Source: Octopus sinensis (Eukaryota). Taken from it: a DNA stretch of 64,000 bases. Below, piece after piece: positions 1 through 12,622 of this stretch. The notes under the pieces were generated by a model. The model was given only the letters and a program-made list of their open reading frames with translations. It had not been told where the DNA came from and made no database searches. The translations under genes were made by a program, and so were the position numbers. Where the stretch lies: the NCBI RefSeq assembly GCF_006345805.1, contig NC_043004.1, positions 40,486,001 through 40,550,000 of the forward strand, written 5' to 3'. Each line of letters begins with the position of its first letter. Positions within the stretch are counted from its first letter, which is position 1.

Positions 1-164
1 ATCATGTATGTCAACCATATGTCTTTCCATCAACCCCAAACCTACCTTCCTAGTTAACCTCATATCATACGTAAATATATGAGCTAACTAAAGTGTCTCT
101 ACATGGTTATTAAATTTTCAAAAACTAGGCAGCTAAATTTTCTTCAAACCATATCTTAGTGTAT

Positions 165-357
165 TGGTTTCGAATTTTGTCACAAGGCTAGCAAATTCAG
201 GGGACCCCAGTGTTTATATGGTACTTATTTTATTGGCCCCCTGAGGATTAAAGACAAACTCAACTCAAGTGGTATTTGATCTCAGATTGTGAAGGCAGAC
301 GAAATACCGCTAAGCATTTTGGCTGGCATGCTAACAATTCTGCCAGCTTGCCACCTT
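165..357 (-). mobile_element. Meta-domain-like SINE, degenerate copy
   Basis: Reverse complement matches the 6327-6557 family (ggtggcaagctggcagaattgttagc... head; aataagtacc...cactgggg body). Boundaries approximate. Confidence 0.7.
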
Positions 358-850
358 AATTATATCACAATATATTGATTTCAAACTTTGATGCAAGGCC
401 AGCAATTTCAGGGGATGGGGTAACTTGATTGCATTCACATACCTCCTTTTTACATACACACACACACATATACTTACACAGAGTTGAAACACTGTTTTGA
501 TGCTTTTTTCACCGTAGAATTTCCATCATCCCAGTACCAAGTTTGCCATTACCCCTTCCTTCCTTATTCATCTATCACCCCTTCCTTTCTCATTCATATG
601 TTGTGACGGAGAAAAGCACAAGAGTATTATTATAGCAGATAATTAGGAATTTGTAAAATTAAAGATTCATTATTTTTCTCAGGATAGATGTGCTCTCACA
701 AATTCTAAAGCACTTGTAACTATTCTGTGGCAATAAAACAAAAAACTTCTTAAAAAGACAAGATATATTGGATAATGTAATCAAAGAAAACACTTTATCT
801 GGAAAAAGAAAATACAATAAAAAGAACAGGAGTGTCATAGTTGGAATGTC

Positions 851-1265
851 GGATCTTTTCGACTTGAACGGCAGTTTTTCTAGCGGTGTCATATGAAATT
901 GTCACCCATAATTATGACCCTAGTATCGATCTATTGCATTTCAATCTATTTTAGGGTTAGGGTTAGGGGTGGGGGGAAGGGTACCTTTTTTTCTTCACAA
1001 ATGTACATAAACCCAATTTGTTTCTTAAACGAGGGACATATTCATACGGCACAGAATGTTGTTTACCTCAATGGATGTCAGTGATTGGTTGAAATTGCAG
1101 AAATTGAAGAAAAAAACAACAAATATCTTACAAACTATAGAATTTTCTCAATAAAGCCAAGAGAAAAAGATGTTTTATAAACACATTCTACAAGTGTACG
1201 AAGTTTAAAATTTTTTAATTACCTAGAAATTATGTTAAAAACTGCCGTTCAAACTGAAAAGATCC
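851..1265. mobile_element. MITE with ~28-bp TIRs, 8-bp TSD and internal (TTAGGG)3
   Basis: GGATCTTTTCGACTTGAACGGCAGTTTT ... AAAACTGCCGTTCAAACTGAAAAGATCC; flanks GGAATGTC (843-850) and AGAATGTC (1266-1273); second copy at 12623-13056. Confidence 0.9.
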
Positions 1266-1429
1266 AGAATGTCTTTCAACATAAATCTACTCAATTGGCA
1301 ATTTGTAGTTAGGCAGCAATAATGAAGGTTATCAACCGAATGTCAACCTATTCAGGCCTGAAAACTAGATATGCAAATATATAAACCCTCTGTCAGTCAT
1401 TTGCCATATTTTGAATGCATTACTTCTCC

Positions 1430-1720
1430 AGGTTATAACACTAAAGTCTCAAAATTTAACAGCTGACTTGATTAGAAGCACACAAAGTTATCTACCATCT
1501 TTCCAACAACAACTTTGGTTACCATTTTGAATACAATATTTTGCACGCTCATAAGCATGCTTATAAAACTTTAAAATAACAGCACAATACGCATTCAGAA
1601 GCACTTTTCCATTCTCAGGAATATTGAAGCATGGAATAAACTACCCACATCAACTGTTAAATGTCAGAATACTGCATTCTTCAAGAGTTTCATGTTTCCC
1701 AAAGTTCACCAGTACTACTC
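1430..1720 (+). pseudogene. Decayed 3' end of a CR1/L2/Jockey-group LINE
   Basis: Translates to ...KHFSILRNIEAWNKLP..., resembling the F-x-R-x4-WNxLP C-terminal motif of these LINEs. Confidence 0.5.
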
Positions 1721-1722
1721 CA

Positions 1723-2450
1723 GGTGCAGGAGTGGCTGTGTGGTAAGTAGCTTGCTTACCAGCCACATGGTTCCGGGTTCATTCCCACTGCATGGCACCT
1801 TGGACAAGTGTCTTCTACTATAGCCTCAGGTCGACCAATGCCTTGTGAGTGGATTTGGCAGACGGAAACTGAAAGAAGCACGCTGTATATATGTATACAT
1901 ATATATATATCATCATCATCATCGTTTAACGTCCGTTTTCCATCCTAGCATGGGTTGGGCGGTTCAACCGGGGTCTGGGAAGCCAGGAGGCTGCACCAGG
2001 CTCCAGTCTGATCTGGAAGTGTTTCTACAGCTTGATGCCCTTCCTAACGCCAACCACTCCGTGAGTGTAGTTTGTGCTTTTTACATGCCACCGGCACAGG
2101 TGCCACGGGAGGCTGGCAAACAGCCACGATCGGATGGAACTTTTTACGTGCCACCAGCACAGAAGCCAGTCAAGGCATCGCTGGCATATATATATATATA
2201 TACATATATATGTATGTATGTATGTATGTGTGTGTGTGTATATGTTTGTGTGCCTGTGTTTGTCCCCCCCCCCAACATCGCTTGACAACTGATGGTGGTG
2301 TATTTACATCCCCGTAACTTAGCAGCTCAGCAAAAGTGACTGATAGAATAAGTATTAGGCTTACAAAGAATAAGTCCTGGGGTCGATTTACTCAACTAAA
2401 GGTGGTGCTCCAGCATGGCCGCAGAAATGACTAAAACAAGTAAAAGAGAG
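1723..2450 (+). mobile_element. tRNA-derived CORE-like SINE (family A), interrupted by an RTE 3'-end fragment
   Basis: A box TGGCTGTGTGG, B box GGTTCATTCCC, ggcaccttggacaagtg CORE-like segment, central TA/TG microsatellite, conserved tail; more than 15 related copies in the window. Confidence 0.85.
1911..2186 (-). mobile_element. RTE LINE 3'-UTR-derived short copy
   Basis: Reverse complement matches 20430-20626, including the (GAT)n tail. Confidence 0.85.
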
Positions 2451-2668
2451 AAAGAGAGAATACCATCCTATGTACCATTTCCTCTTAATGGTTCTTTTCC
2501 AGTTCACTTTTCTGTTCTGAGTGTTTTATTCTAAGTACTGTGCATGTTCTAGCTTCCATGGCTGTCTGTCTTTCCTCTCTTGTAGCTGCTTTCTGTTCCG
2601 TTCTTTTAACTTTTTCCATTGCATCTGAGTACAGTATAAAATAATCTTATTATTATGACATTATATTA

Positions 2669-2875
2669 AGGCAGCAGGTGGCAGAATGCTTAGCAGCATA
2701 TTGTCCGTTTTATGTTCAGAGTCCAAATTTTGCTAAGGTTGACTTTACCTCTCATCCATTAAAGGGTCAATAAATTAAGTACCCAGTTGAGTACAGGAGC
2801 TGATGTAATCAACTATCTTCACCCCACCCCACGAAAAAAAATTACAGGCCTTGTATTTACAGTGGAAAGGATTAT
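2669..2875 (+). mobile_element. Meta-domain-like SINE
   Basis: gttgactttacctctcatcc...gggtcaataaattaagtacccag segment shared with 6327-6557. Confidence 0.7.
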
Positions 2876-3205
2876 TATAACACTATATTACCACTACAAC
2901 AAGCCAATGAAGGAGCTTCTATGTGGTTATTCAGTTTGTTAGAAATAGCAGTTAAAAACACCCTTAAATCATCCTCCTCTTTCCATCTAAGAAAAAAGGA
3001 TACATTGAATAATGTCATCTAAGGTAGATAAAAAAAAAAAGAAGTAAAATTACCTTCTTGTGTCATATTGACTCATAAGGGCACCTTCTCAGTTTCATGA
3101 CATATATTCTCTATCTTAAGGGGACACTGGTCCATTGCTGGATTACTCCATTTTTGCCTGCTGAATGGATTGGAGCAAAGTGAAATGAAGTGCTTTACTC
3201 AAGAA

Positions 3206-3607
3206 GGCATAGGAGTGGCTGTGTGGTAAGTAGCTTGCTTACCAACCACATGGTTCCGGTTCAGTCCCATTGTGTGGCACCTTGGGCAAGTGTCTTCTAC
3301 TATAGCCTCAGGCTGACCAAAGCCTTGTGAGTGGATTTGGTAGACAGAAACTGAAAGAAGCCCGTCGTATATATGTATATATGTGTGTGTGTATATATGT
3401 TTGTGTGTCTGTGTTTGTCCCCCCAACATCGCTTGACAACCGATGCTGGTGTGTTTGAATCCCAATAACTTAGTGGTTCGGCAAAAGAGACCGATAGAAT
3501 AAGTACTAGGCTTACAAAGAACAAATCCTGGGGTCGATTTGCTCGACTAAAGGTGGTGCTCCAGCATGGCCACAATCAAATGAGTGAAACAAGTGAAAGA
3601 GAAAGAG
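3206..3607 (+). mobile_element. SINE family A, full length
   Basis: A/B boxes, CORE-like segment and tail as in 1723-2450; nested in an older minus-strand SINE. Confidence 0.85.
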
Positions 3608-4059
3608 AACACAAAAGATTCCCAGTCCAGGAATCGAAACCACAATCTTACAGTCATGCGTCCAACACCTTAACCACTAAACCACATGCTTCCACATCTT
3701 GGGAAAGAGAGGACTGATAAAACACAAATTAAAAACAGAGTGATGGTCACAGCTGGAATACCTTTGAACCTAGATCTATTGAGTTAGCCTGGGGCTAAAC
3801 AACAATTTATGCATTACGCATAACATTAATATCTCCTAGCTTGAAGATGGCAGCGTTTCCTGTCAATTGATTATTTGTATATCTTCTCTCACTAATGTTG
3901 CAGCTCTTTGTCGTCAACATAGCACTTAGCTTTATCTAATTTAGTTTGAGTTGAATTGGTGATTATGTAATTGATTCATTGATTGATCAATTTGCAGATT
4001 TGTTGCATGAAATCGCCGAGAACAGACATCATGGAAGAAGAATAACTAAATGAATAAAT

Positions 4060-4414
4060 CAAAATCAAAATCGAAATCGAAATTGAAATCGATCAACATC
4101 AATGGAAATTGTAGCTGTGATACCAGTGCCGGTGGTACGTAAGAGAACCATCTGAACGTGGCCATTGCCAGCGCCACCCCAACTGGCCTCCGTGCCAGTG
4201 ACACGTAAAAAGCACCATCCGATCGTGGCCGTTTGCCAGCCTTGTCTGTCACGTAAAAAGCATCCACTACACTCACAGAGTGGTTGATGTTAGGAAGGGC
4301 ATCCAGCCGTAGAAACATTGCCAGATCAGTCTGGGCCTGGTGCAGCCTTCTGGCTTCCCAGACCCCAGTTGAACCATCCAACCCATGCTAGCATGGAAAG
4401 TGGACGCTAAACGA
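4060..4414 (+). mobile_element. RTE LINE 3'-UTR-derived copy
   Basis: Repeated cacgtaaaaagca motif, ttaggaagggcatccagccgtagaaac, aacccatgctagcatggaaag as in 20430-20610. Confidence 0.8.
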
Positions 4415-4426
4415 AATGTTCCTTAA

Positions 4427-4606
4427 CCCTTTAGCATTTAAACTGGCCGTATCTAGATCAAATATTCTACGTGTTATATTGTCAAGATGGACAGATCTGG
4501 CATTGCATACCTATCCTACAATGTCATTCTAAAAATGCCTGAGTAGTTCAAAATAATATTAATACATTAGAGTCGCATTTGAGAAAGTAATCTGAATACT
4601 AAGCGT
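4427..4606. mobile_element. piggyBac-type MITE, degenerate
   Basis: TTAA|CCCTTTAGCATTTA start and TTAA at 4607-4610; homologous to 37875-38094. Confidence 0.65.
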
Positions 4607-4974
4607 TTAACTGTGAGAGGAACTGGTGTTTAACTCTAGTTTTAAAGAGGGAAGCAAATGGGAGATAAATTCTGCCCACCCTTGGACGGGACACCAGTAT
4701 ATCTAAAGCAACATTCACAGAAAATACGACAGTTATTTCAAACAACTTGGTGTATTAGAACACATATAGTATAAAGAGCATTGTTGTAAATACACAAGGA
4801 AATTAGACAGGATAGAGGTTAGATCATACACACACACACACACACACACACACAGATACATGCATGAATATGCATACATATATATATGTATGCATATATG
4901 TATGCATATATGTATGTATATACACGCACATCCATATGTATGTATACACATGCACACGCACACACACAGGCACA

Positions 4975-5157
4975 CATATACATATATATACATATATACG
5001 ACGGGCTTCTTTCAGTTTCCGTCTACCAAATCCACTCACAAGGCTTTGGTCGGCCCGAGGCTATAGTAGAAGACACTTGCCCAAGGTGCCACACAATGGG
5101 ACTGAACCCAGAACCATGTGGTTGGTATGCAAGCTACTTACCACACAGCCACTCCTG
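4975..5157 (-). mobile_element. SINE family A, 5' half
   Basis: Reverse complement of the head and CORE-like segment. Confidence 0.8.
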
Positions 5158-5185
5158 TATATATATATATATATTTATGCATGTA

Positions 5186-6683
5186 CCAGGTTGGGCCGAA
5201 AGTTTTGGAGGATTTTCGCTGATGACTTTATGGCAAGTTGTATTTCCATGATATATCGTTATTTTCATACAATTTGTTGTCCAATTGTTACTGAATTGTT
5301 TACTCTTTATTTTCATATATAATATATGAACATTAATTGTTTCTTCTTTAGATTACAGTTGTGATAATCAGAGGTGAAAAAACTGTAATTAGAATCATTT
5401 TAGGTTGCCAGTGGGTATAATGATTGAGTGAAAAGGGCAGTGGTAAAATAAATTAATGATGTTGAAGACCTAGGAACTGGCAATTGATGTGTGGCACAAA
5501 ACTGGCTGAGATATTTCAATGAAGGTGACACCAGCCTCAAAGACAAACCAAGGTAGAAAAAATCATTCTGTTGTGGAAGATGAGGTCTTGGCTGAAATGG
5601 TTGAACAATAGCCAAGCGCAAGCATTCATACATTTGTTGGTAGAACTTGTTCCTTCACGAAGCACCATTTGTCAATGCCTTCATAAGTTTGGCCTTGTGA
5701 ACAGATACCGTGAAGAAGCTCCTTATGAACTGACCAATGACCACACTCAACAACATGTGAACATTTGCAAACAACTGCTGGCAAATCCTTGACATGTCCA
5801 TTTTTGATGTTGTATTGTAAGTGGAGATGAAAATTGGGTCTATCTCCATAATCCTAATGAGAAAAATATGTGGCTCCAGAACTTGTCAAACAAGTGCAGT
5901 TTGAACAGAAGGTCGTGTTGTGTGTTCCATGGAATTTTGAGGGGGATGTTGCACCGATCTTGTACCAGATGGTCAAGCTAAAAATGCTGGCTTTTATACT
6001 CAACAGCTGCAGTGAGTGTATGATGTTTTGAGAGCCTGCTACCTGACATTGACCAAGTGAAGATATGCACTTGTACAGCATGACAATGTTCCAGCACCCA
6101 GACTAATAGTGTGCCCAAATGCAAATTTAGGGAACTTGAAGGACTGGAGGTGCTGCTTCACTCTGTCAACAGTCCAGGCATTGCACCATCAGACCATCAG
6201 AGCACTACCTTTCATGAGACATGGTTGATTTCCTGTATGGCGGGAGGTTCAACAATGTGGATGAAGCTGAAAACAGGTGCAGGAAGTGATTTGCCTCTAA
6301 ACCATCTAAATGGTATAAAAGTGGAAGGTGGCGCGCTGGCAGAAACATTAGCGCGCCGGGCGAAATGTTTAGCGGTATTTCGTCTGCCGTTACGTTGTGA
6401 GTTCAAATTCCGCCGAGGTCGACTTTACCTTTCATCCTTTCGGGGTCAATAAATTAAGTACCAGTTACGCACTGGGGTCGATGTAATCGACTTAATACCT
6501 ATGTCTGTCTTTGTTTGTCCCCTCTATGTTTAGCCCCTTGTGGGTAATAAAGAAATAGGTATAAAAGTGGAATTGAGATTTTGGTACAACAATGAATATG
6601 ATGGGATGTATTCTGATGAATATGTAATTTGTTTGAATAGTTAATTAAAACTTGAAATATGAAAAACTATTGACCCAGCCTAG
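5186..6683 (+). mobile_element. Decayed mariner (DD34D-type) DNA transposon
   Basis: TA + TIR CCAGGTTGGGCCGAAAGTTTT / AAAACTATTGACCCAGCCTAG; broken transposase motifs PYELT, GDENWVY, QHDNVPA, NSPGIAPSD. Confidence 0.85.
6327..6557 (+). mobile_element. Meta-domain-like SINE, young copy with 15-bp TSD
   Basis: TSD GGTATAAAAGTGGAA at 6312-6326 and 6558-6572; B box GAGTTCAAATTCC; gtcgactttacctttcatcctttcggggtcaataaattaagtaccag Meta-like domain. Confidence 0.9.
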
Positions 6684-6933
6684 CATATACATGTGTGTGT
6701 GTGTGTGTGTGGGTGTGCATGTGTGTGTGTATGCATAAATGCATATATGCATACACATATATATTTAGAATATATACATATACATACATAGAAAGGGCAT
6801 CCAGCCATAGAAACCATGTTAAATCAGACTGAAAACTGGTGAAGCCCCCTGGTTTGCCACCTCCGGTCATGCCCTCCAACCCATGCCAAGATAAACAACA
6901 GACATTAAATGTTGATGATGATGATGATATATA

Positions 6934-7325
6934 AGTGCAGGCATGGCTGTGTGGTAAGAAGCTTGCTTCCCAACCACATGGTTCTGGGTTCAGTCCCATT
7001 GTGTTGCACCTTGGGCAAGTGCCTTTTACTGTAGTCTCAGGCTTGTAAGTAGATTTGGTAGACAGAAACTGAAAGAAGCCTGTCGTATATTTGTATGTGT
7101 GTGTGTTGTGTGTTGTGTGTGTGTGTGTGTGTCTGTGTCTGTGTGTGTCTGTGTGTGTGTGTCTTTGTGACTGAGCTTGTCTCCCCATCACCGCTTGTCA
7201 ACTGGTTTTTGGGGTGTTTACATTAGTTTAAAAAAATAAGCCTTGGGGTTGATTTGTTCAACTAAAACCCTTCAAGGCAGTGCTCCAGCATGGCCGGAGT
7301 CAAACGACTGAAACAAGTAAAAGAA
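6934..7325 (+). mobile_element. SINE family A
   Basis: Same head, body and tail as 3206-3607. Confidence 0.8.
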
Positions 7326-8250
7326 TGGAAGAATGAGTGTGTATGTGTGTGTGTGTGTGTGTGTGTGCACGTGTGTGTGTGTGCCTATATGATTGTGTGT
7401 GTATTTCATTGATATATATTGGAAAAGGATAGAAGCATTGATGGAAAAATGAAAAGAAATGCAAGTTTTCTTTCTGCATGAAGTCCCTTGTGATATTGCT
7501 TCTGCAATGAGACACAGATACTCCCTTGTTGCTTTTTACCTTAAGGAATACAGTGCACCAGTGATTGGCTTGTTAGAAACTTGCAATCAATGATGCTATT
7601 GTTTACCAACTGTGATAACATCTTAATAAAAATCAATCAATAATTCTCCAACACTCCATATTTCAGATATTTACAGCAACATGAAGTAACAAGCAAGAAA
7701 CATAAAGAGACGGATACTTCATAACACTTTACAGCTTTTTAAAGCTAAAAGGCAGAAACTGCATATGCTAACATATTCATTTTCTTTCCAATGCATTAGT
7801 TCTGCCTATTAGAAAGAAGTTTCACATTTAATGCTCTTCCAATATTCATCAAGACTTTCCTTGAAAAATATTTGGTTTTCTTTGGCTTGGCACCCTCTCT
7901 TGTTAATTGATCTGAGTTGGTATGGAGCCTGTAGGAAAGGTTTTCTATAAACTTGACTAGGTATTTGCGCCATGCTGCTTTGTAAGAAGAAAAAATTTGT
8001 GTATGTAGAACAGAAAGGTGTACACTACTTAAGTGTATATATATACTTATCGACCGTCAGAATACATTAGGATGCATGACAAAGCATTAGAAATGCAAGG
8101 ATTTAGCAAGATGGAGTCTTACATGGTCATTTAATTTGTTAGAAATAGCAGCCAAATCTCTGTCAACTCCCACCATACAACACCATCATAATCATCATAG
8201 TTTTCACATCTACTTTTCCATGGTAGCATGGGTTTGAAGAATTTCATTGA

Positions 8251-8665
8251 GGCACAGGAGTGGCTGTGTGGTATGTAGCTTGCTTACCAACCACATGGTT
8301 CCGGGTTCAGTCCCACTTCGTGGCACCTTGGACAAGTGTCTTCTACTATAGCCTCGGGCCAACCAAAGCCTTGTGAGTGGATTTGGTAGACGGAAACTAA
8401 AAGAAGCCCGTCGTATATATGTATATATATATGTGTGTGTATGTTTGTGTGTGTCTGTGTTTGTACCCACAACATCGCTTGACAACCGATGCTGGTGTAT
8501 TTACGTCCCCGTAACTTAGTGGTTCGGCAAATGAGACCGATAAAATAAGTACTAGGCTTACAAAGAATAAGTCCTGGGGTCAATTTGCTCAACTAAAGGT
8601 GGTGCTCCAGCATGGCCGCAGTCAAATGGCTGAAACAAGCAAAAGAGTAAAGAGTAAAAGAGTAT
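8251..8665 (+). mobile_element. SINE family A, full length
   Basis: Same head, body and tail; (AAAGAGT)n 3' tail. Confidence 0.85.
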
Positions 8666-8906
8666 ATTTTCTACACCCAGATGCTCTTCTTGGTACTAAC
8701 CACCACTTGTTTCCAGGTAAGGTAATATAGATAATATTTGCCCTTGACTGGACGTGTTTTCACATGAGATTGAAAATGTATGACATTGATTGTATGTAAG
8801 CGACACTTGTTTACAGCTGTGATCACAGGAAGTCAAATCAAGGAGCCACAAAAATGCAGCCTTGCACACACATACATACACACACGCACACACACACACA
8901 ATTGTG

Positions 8907-9212
8907 TGGAGGCACATGGCCTATTGGTTAGAGCAGCGGACTCGCGGTCGAGGGATCGCAGGTTCGAATCTCAGACCAGTCGATGCGTGTGTTTATGAGC
9001 AAAAACACATAAGCTTCACGCGGCTCCGGCAGAAGGTAATGGCAAACTTCTGCTGACTCTTTCGCTACAACTTTCTCTCACTCTTTCCTCCTGCAACTTG
9101 CAGCTCACCTGCGATGGACTGGTATCCCATCCAGGTGGGGAACCTATACACCAAGGAAACCGGGAAACCGGCCCTTATGAGCCAGGCATGGCTCGAGAAG
9201 GAACAAACTAAA
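8907..9212 (+). mobile_element. tRNA-derived SINE with V-domain-like segment (family C)
   Basis: A box TGGCCTATTGG, B box GGTTCGAATCT; cctgcgatggactggtatcccatccagg resembles the V-SINE domain; second copy at 15525-15810. Confidence 0.8.
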
Positions 9213-9465
9213 CACACACAATTACATACATACATGGACGTATGTATAATGGAATATACTTACCCAAGGTGCTAACACTATAGGACAGAATCCAAAACCA
9301 TGTGGTTGGGAAGCAAACTTCTTAACCACACAGCCATGTGTGTACCTGTGTACATGTGTGTGTGTACATGTGTGTGTGTGTGTGTGTATTCATCCATTCA
9401 TATCCAGAATGTCTCATAGTTAAACTATCATATAAACATGTTTCAATATTAAAATGAACAAATAA

Positions 9466-9646
9466 GGTGGCACGTAAAAAGCACCCACTACACTCACGGA
9501 GTGGTTGGCATTAGGAAGGGCATCCAGCTGTAGAAACATTGCCAGATAAGACTGGAGCCTGGTGCAGCCTTCTGGCTTCCCAGATCCCCGGTCAAACCAT
9601 CCAACCCATGCTAGCATGGAGAACGGACGTTAAACGATGATGATGA
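9466..9646 (+). mobile_element. RTE LINE 3'-UTR-derived copy
   Basis: Matches 20436-20626 with (GAT)n tail. Confidence 0.85.
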
Positions 9647-10086
9647 AGGCAGAAAACTGTCAGAATTGTTAGCATGCCATGCAAAATGTTTAACACCATC
9701 TCATCCATCCTTATTTTCTGAGTTCAAATTCCACCAAGGTTGACTTTGCCTTTCATCCCTTTGGGGTCGATAGAATAAGTACCAATGAAACACTGGGGTC
9801 AATGAAATCGAGTCATCCCCTCCCGCAAAATTGATACCCTTGCGGCAAAATTTGAAACCATTATTAAGGACCAGGCAAGCCAGCAGAATTATTAGCACAC
9901 CGGGTGAAATGCTTAGCTGTATTTCATCTGCCACTACACTCTGAGTTCAAATTCCGCCGAGGTTGACTTTGCCTTTCATCCCTTTGGTGTCGATAAATAA
10001 GTACCAGTTGAACACTGGGGTCGATGTAATTGACTCATCCCTTCCACCAAAATTGCTGCCCTTGTGGCAAAATTTGAAACTATTAT
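9647..10086 (+). mobile_element. Two tandem Meta-domain-like SINEs
   Basis: Two consecutive copies (~9647-9866 and ~9873-10086) of the 6327 family. Confidence 0.8.
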
Positions 10087-10467
10087 TAAAGATCAGGAGA
10101 CAGCTACTAAATATTTGATCCATCAGTTATTTGAAGATAACATCCATGTTGTAATAGAAAATAGGGATTTGTACCCTAGCAGTTGGAAGATAGTGAAGGC
10201 ATTTACTGGCCTTGTGCCAAAATTTGAAGTCAATATTAAAATAACAATCTCTACCTGATAGACATATGTGACACTTTAAAGGATGGATTCCAACAGCAGA
10301 GTTAACATCAAAGACATGCCAAGAGCCAAGCCTTTACAACTTCACACTGAATTTAAGAGAATTGTTAGTCAGTTCACAAATTGTTATAATTTCTGGTCAA
10401 TACTTAAATGAACATTATTTACATTATTTACATTCGATGGATATTTGTCCTCATCTTGTTTGTTGTT

Positions 10468-10513
10468 AACACAACATTTCGGCTGATATACCCTCCAGCC
10501 TTCTTCAGGTGTC
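10468..10513 (-). ncRNA. Type I minimal hammerhead ribozyme motif (stem III CpG-decayed)
   Basis: GACAC-CUGAAGA-A-GGCUG(GAGGGUAUAU)CAGCC-GAAA-UG-U-U-GUGUU. Confidence 0.7.
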
Positions 10514-10641
10514 TTGGGGAAATTATCCCACTATGCCATATGCCCGTAGCATATGGCATAGTGATTAAAGTGCAGGCTACTTACCCTAAGATTCTGAGTT
10601 CCATTCCAGCAGTGACCTGAACAATAACAACAATAACAATG

Positions 10642-10707
<66 letters not shown>

Positions 10708-10755
10708 TCGAAAAATGCCTTAGGAATGAGAACCCAGATTCAAAATTTCCCCCAG

Positions 10756-10801
10756 GACACCTGAAGAAGGTTGGAGGGTATATCAACCGAAACATTGTGT
10801 T
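10756..10801 (+). ncRNA. Type I minimal hammerhead ribozyme motif (stem III CpG-decayed)
   Basis: GACAC-CUGAAGA-A-GGUUG(GAGGGUAUAU)CAACC-GAAA-CA-U-U-GUGUU; stem II covaries with the 10468 copy (C-G vs U-A). Confidence 0.75.
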
Positions 10802-11408
10802 AACAACAAACAAGATGAGGACAAATATCTGTCAAATGTAAATAATGTAAATAATGTACATAATTCTTCATCTCTTAAATGTAGAACTGACTTAAATGAA
10901 TGTTCCGAGATCAACTTTGTCTTACTTCCTTTTGCGAATTGATAAAATAAACACCAACTGAACACTGGAATCGGTGTAATTAACTTACCCATCATTCCAG
11001 GACTTGATGGCCTTGTGCCAAAATTTGAAATCATATTTAGATGAATGTTAATCCAGTTGGAAACTTCAATCCTCAGTGGAGATGTAGCAAAGATGGCTCG
11101 GCTTAGTGTAACATGATATTTGACAGCTCTGCAAAGGATTATAAAGTTTGTATGTTTTTTGAAACTTCTTGGAGAAATATGTCCTTGGGTGGAGATTAAC
11201 ACATAAATAGATTAGTAACATAATCCATTCTGGCCTGAATCTCCATCGGTTATAGCAACAAGTACTCCAGCTGATATAATCAACTGAATAGACTGCTAAT
11301 GAACGTAATTTGTAAGTGGCTGAGTACTCCACAGACACACATACCCTGAACATAGTTCTCAGGCAGATTCAGCATGACACAGAGTGTGACAAGGCCGACC
11401 TTTTGAAT

Positions 11409-11454
<46 letters not shown>

Positions 11455-11466
<12 letters not shown>

Positions 11467-11620
11467 CGACAGGCTTCTTTCAGTTTCCGTCTACCAAATC
11501 CACTCACAAGGCTTTGGTCGGCCCGAGGCTATAGCAGAAGACACTTGCCCAAGGTGCCACACAGTGGGACTGAAGCTGGAACTATGTGGTTGGTATGCTA
11601 CTTACCACACAGCCACTCCT
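11455..11620 (-). mobile_element. SINE family A, 5' half, followed by a mariner TIR stub
   Basis: Same SINE/TIR junction as 4975-5206. Confidence 0.75.
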
Positions 11621-11928
11621 ATATATATATATGCATGTACCAGGTTGAGCCGAAAGTTTTTGCCAGCTGAGCAGACTAGAGCAATGTGAAATAAAGTACC
11701 ATGCTCAAGGACACAACTTCCTCCCAGGAATTGAACTCATGACCTTACAATTATGAGCCCTAGCCACTAAGTCACTAAGCTTTGTGACTTCTCATAATCC
11801 ATTCTACATCGACATGAAACAAACACAAATAAACAAAAACAAGATTCTCCTTTTCCTAGACATATAAATTAATTTTGAGGAATTAATTCTTAATTTCTTG
11901 AGTTTTTCTCCTGTTTGCTCTGAGATTT

Positions 11929-11968
11929 ACTAACAATTTCGACCATGCATGAGGCCATCTTCAGAGGG
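11929..11968 (-). ncRNA. Degenerate hammerhead motif
   Basis: CU-CUGAAGA-U-GGCC(UCAUGCAU)GGUC-GAAA-UUG-U-U-AG; stems I and III weak. Confidence 0.4.
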
Positions 11969-12622
11969 AATGTGTTAAAGAAATGTTAAGGTTAGTGTAT
12001 AAAAGAGTGACTGAACATACAAATAGATTCACTGACAGGTGGTGGGTATTAGATCAACAATCATTTTTACAAGCTGAGAAAATGAACGACTGTAAATGAT
12101 AAGTTGGATCAGTCGATTGTTATTATGTTGTGATTGGCTGGTATAAACAGAAGCTGTTGTATTGTGATTAATTAAAAAATATTGATTAAAACAGCCATCT
12201 TCAACAAATTACAGAAATAACCACTTAAGAAAACTGTATAAGAATAAGAATATGAATAGATAGAAATAGAAAAAACCACGGCTTCCATTCATTAGGATTT
12301 CGCCACATCCATTACATAATAAGCAGCCGTTTCTCACCAGTTGCTGAACAATAATAATACAGAAGCTTTTCTATTATGCCAATCAATCATAACACAGATA
12401 CTAGTCAGCCCTTAATGCAAATCTATCATTAGTTTATGACTCAACTACTCAGAGCTATGAAAATCATTCTTGACATAACAGAGCAGTGGAAATATTTTCA
12501 TGTTTGCTGATCTGCTCTTTAAAAGACAAGCCTTAATATTACTTTAACAGTCACCACTCGAGAACATGGCTACATGGATGGATGAAAGATCTCCCAGCAT
12601 TTTTTTTTTTTCTGTTTCCCTC

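Larger units (their letters stand above)
10410..10890. mobile_element. Outward-facing palindromic element with tRNA-like head, (AAT)n and two hammerhead motifs
   Basis: Left arm 10410-10525 is the reverse complement of 10743-10862; small hairpin at the inversion centre (~10546); the 3' tail recurs inverted at ~14402-14450. Confidence 0.75.

Noticed and set aside
4860-5322. Recurrent peptides such as YDGLLSVSVYQIHSQGFG...EDTCPRCH
   Set aside because: Antisense read-through of SINE family A, not a gene family.
8907-8985. tRNA gene
   Set aside because: tRNA-like head of a multi-copy SINE; no complete acceptor stem or terminator.
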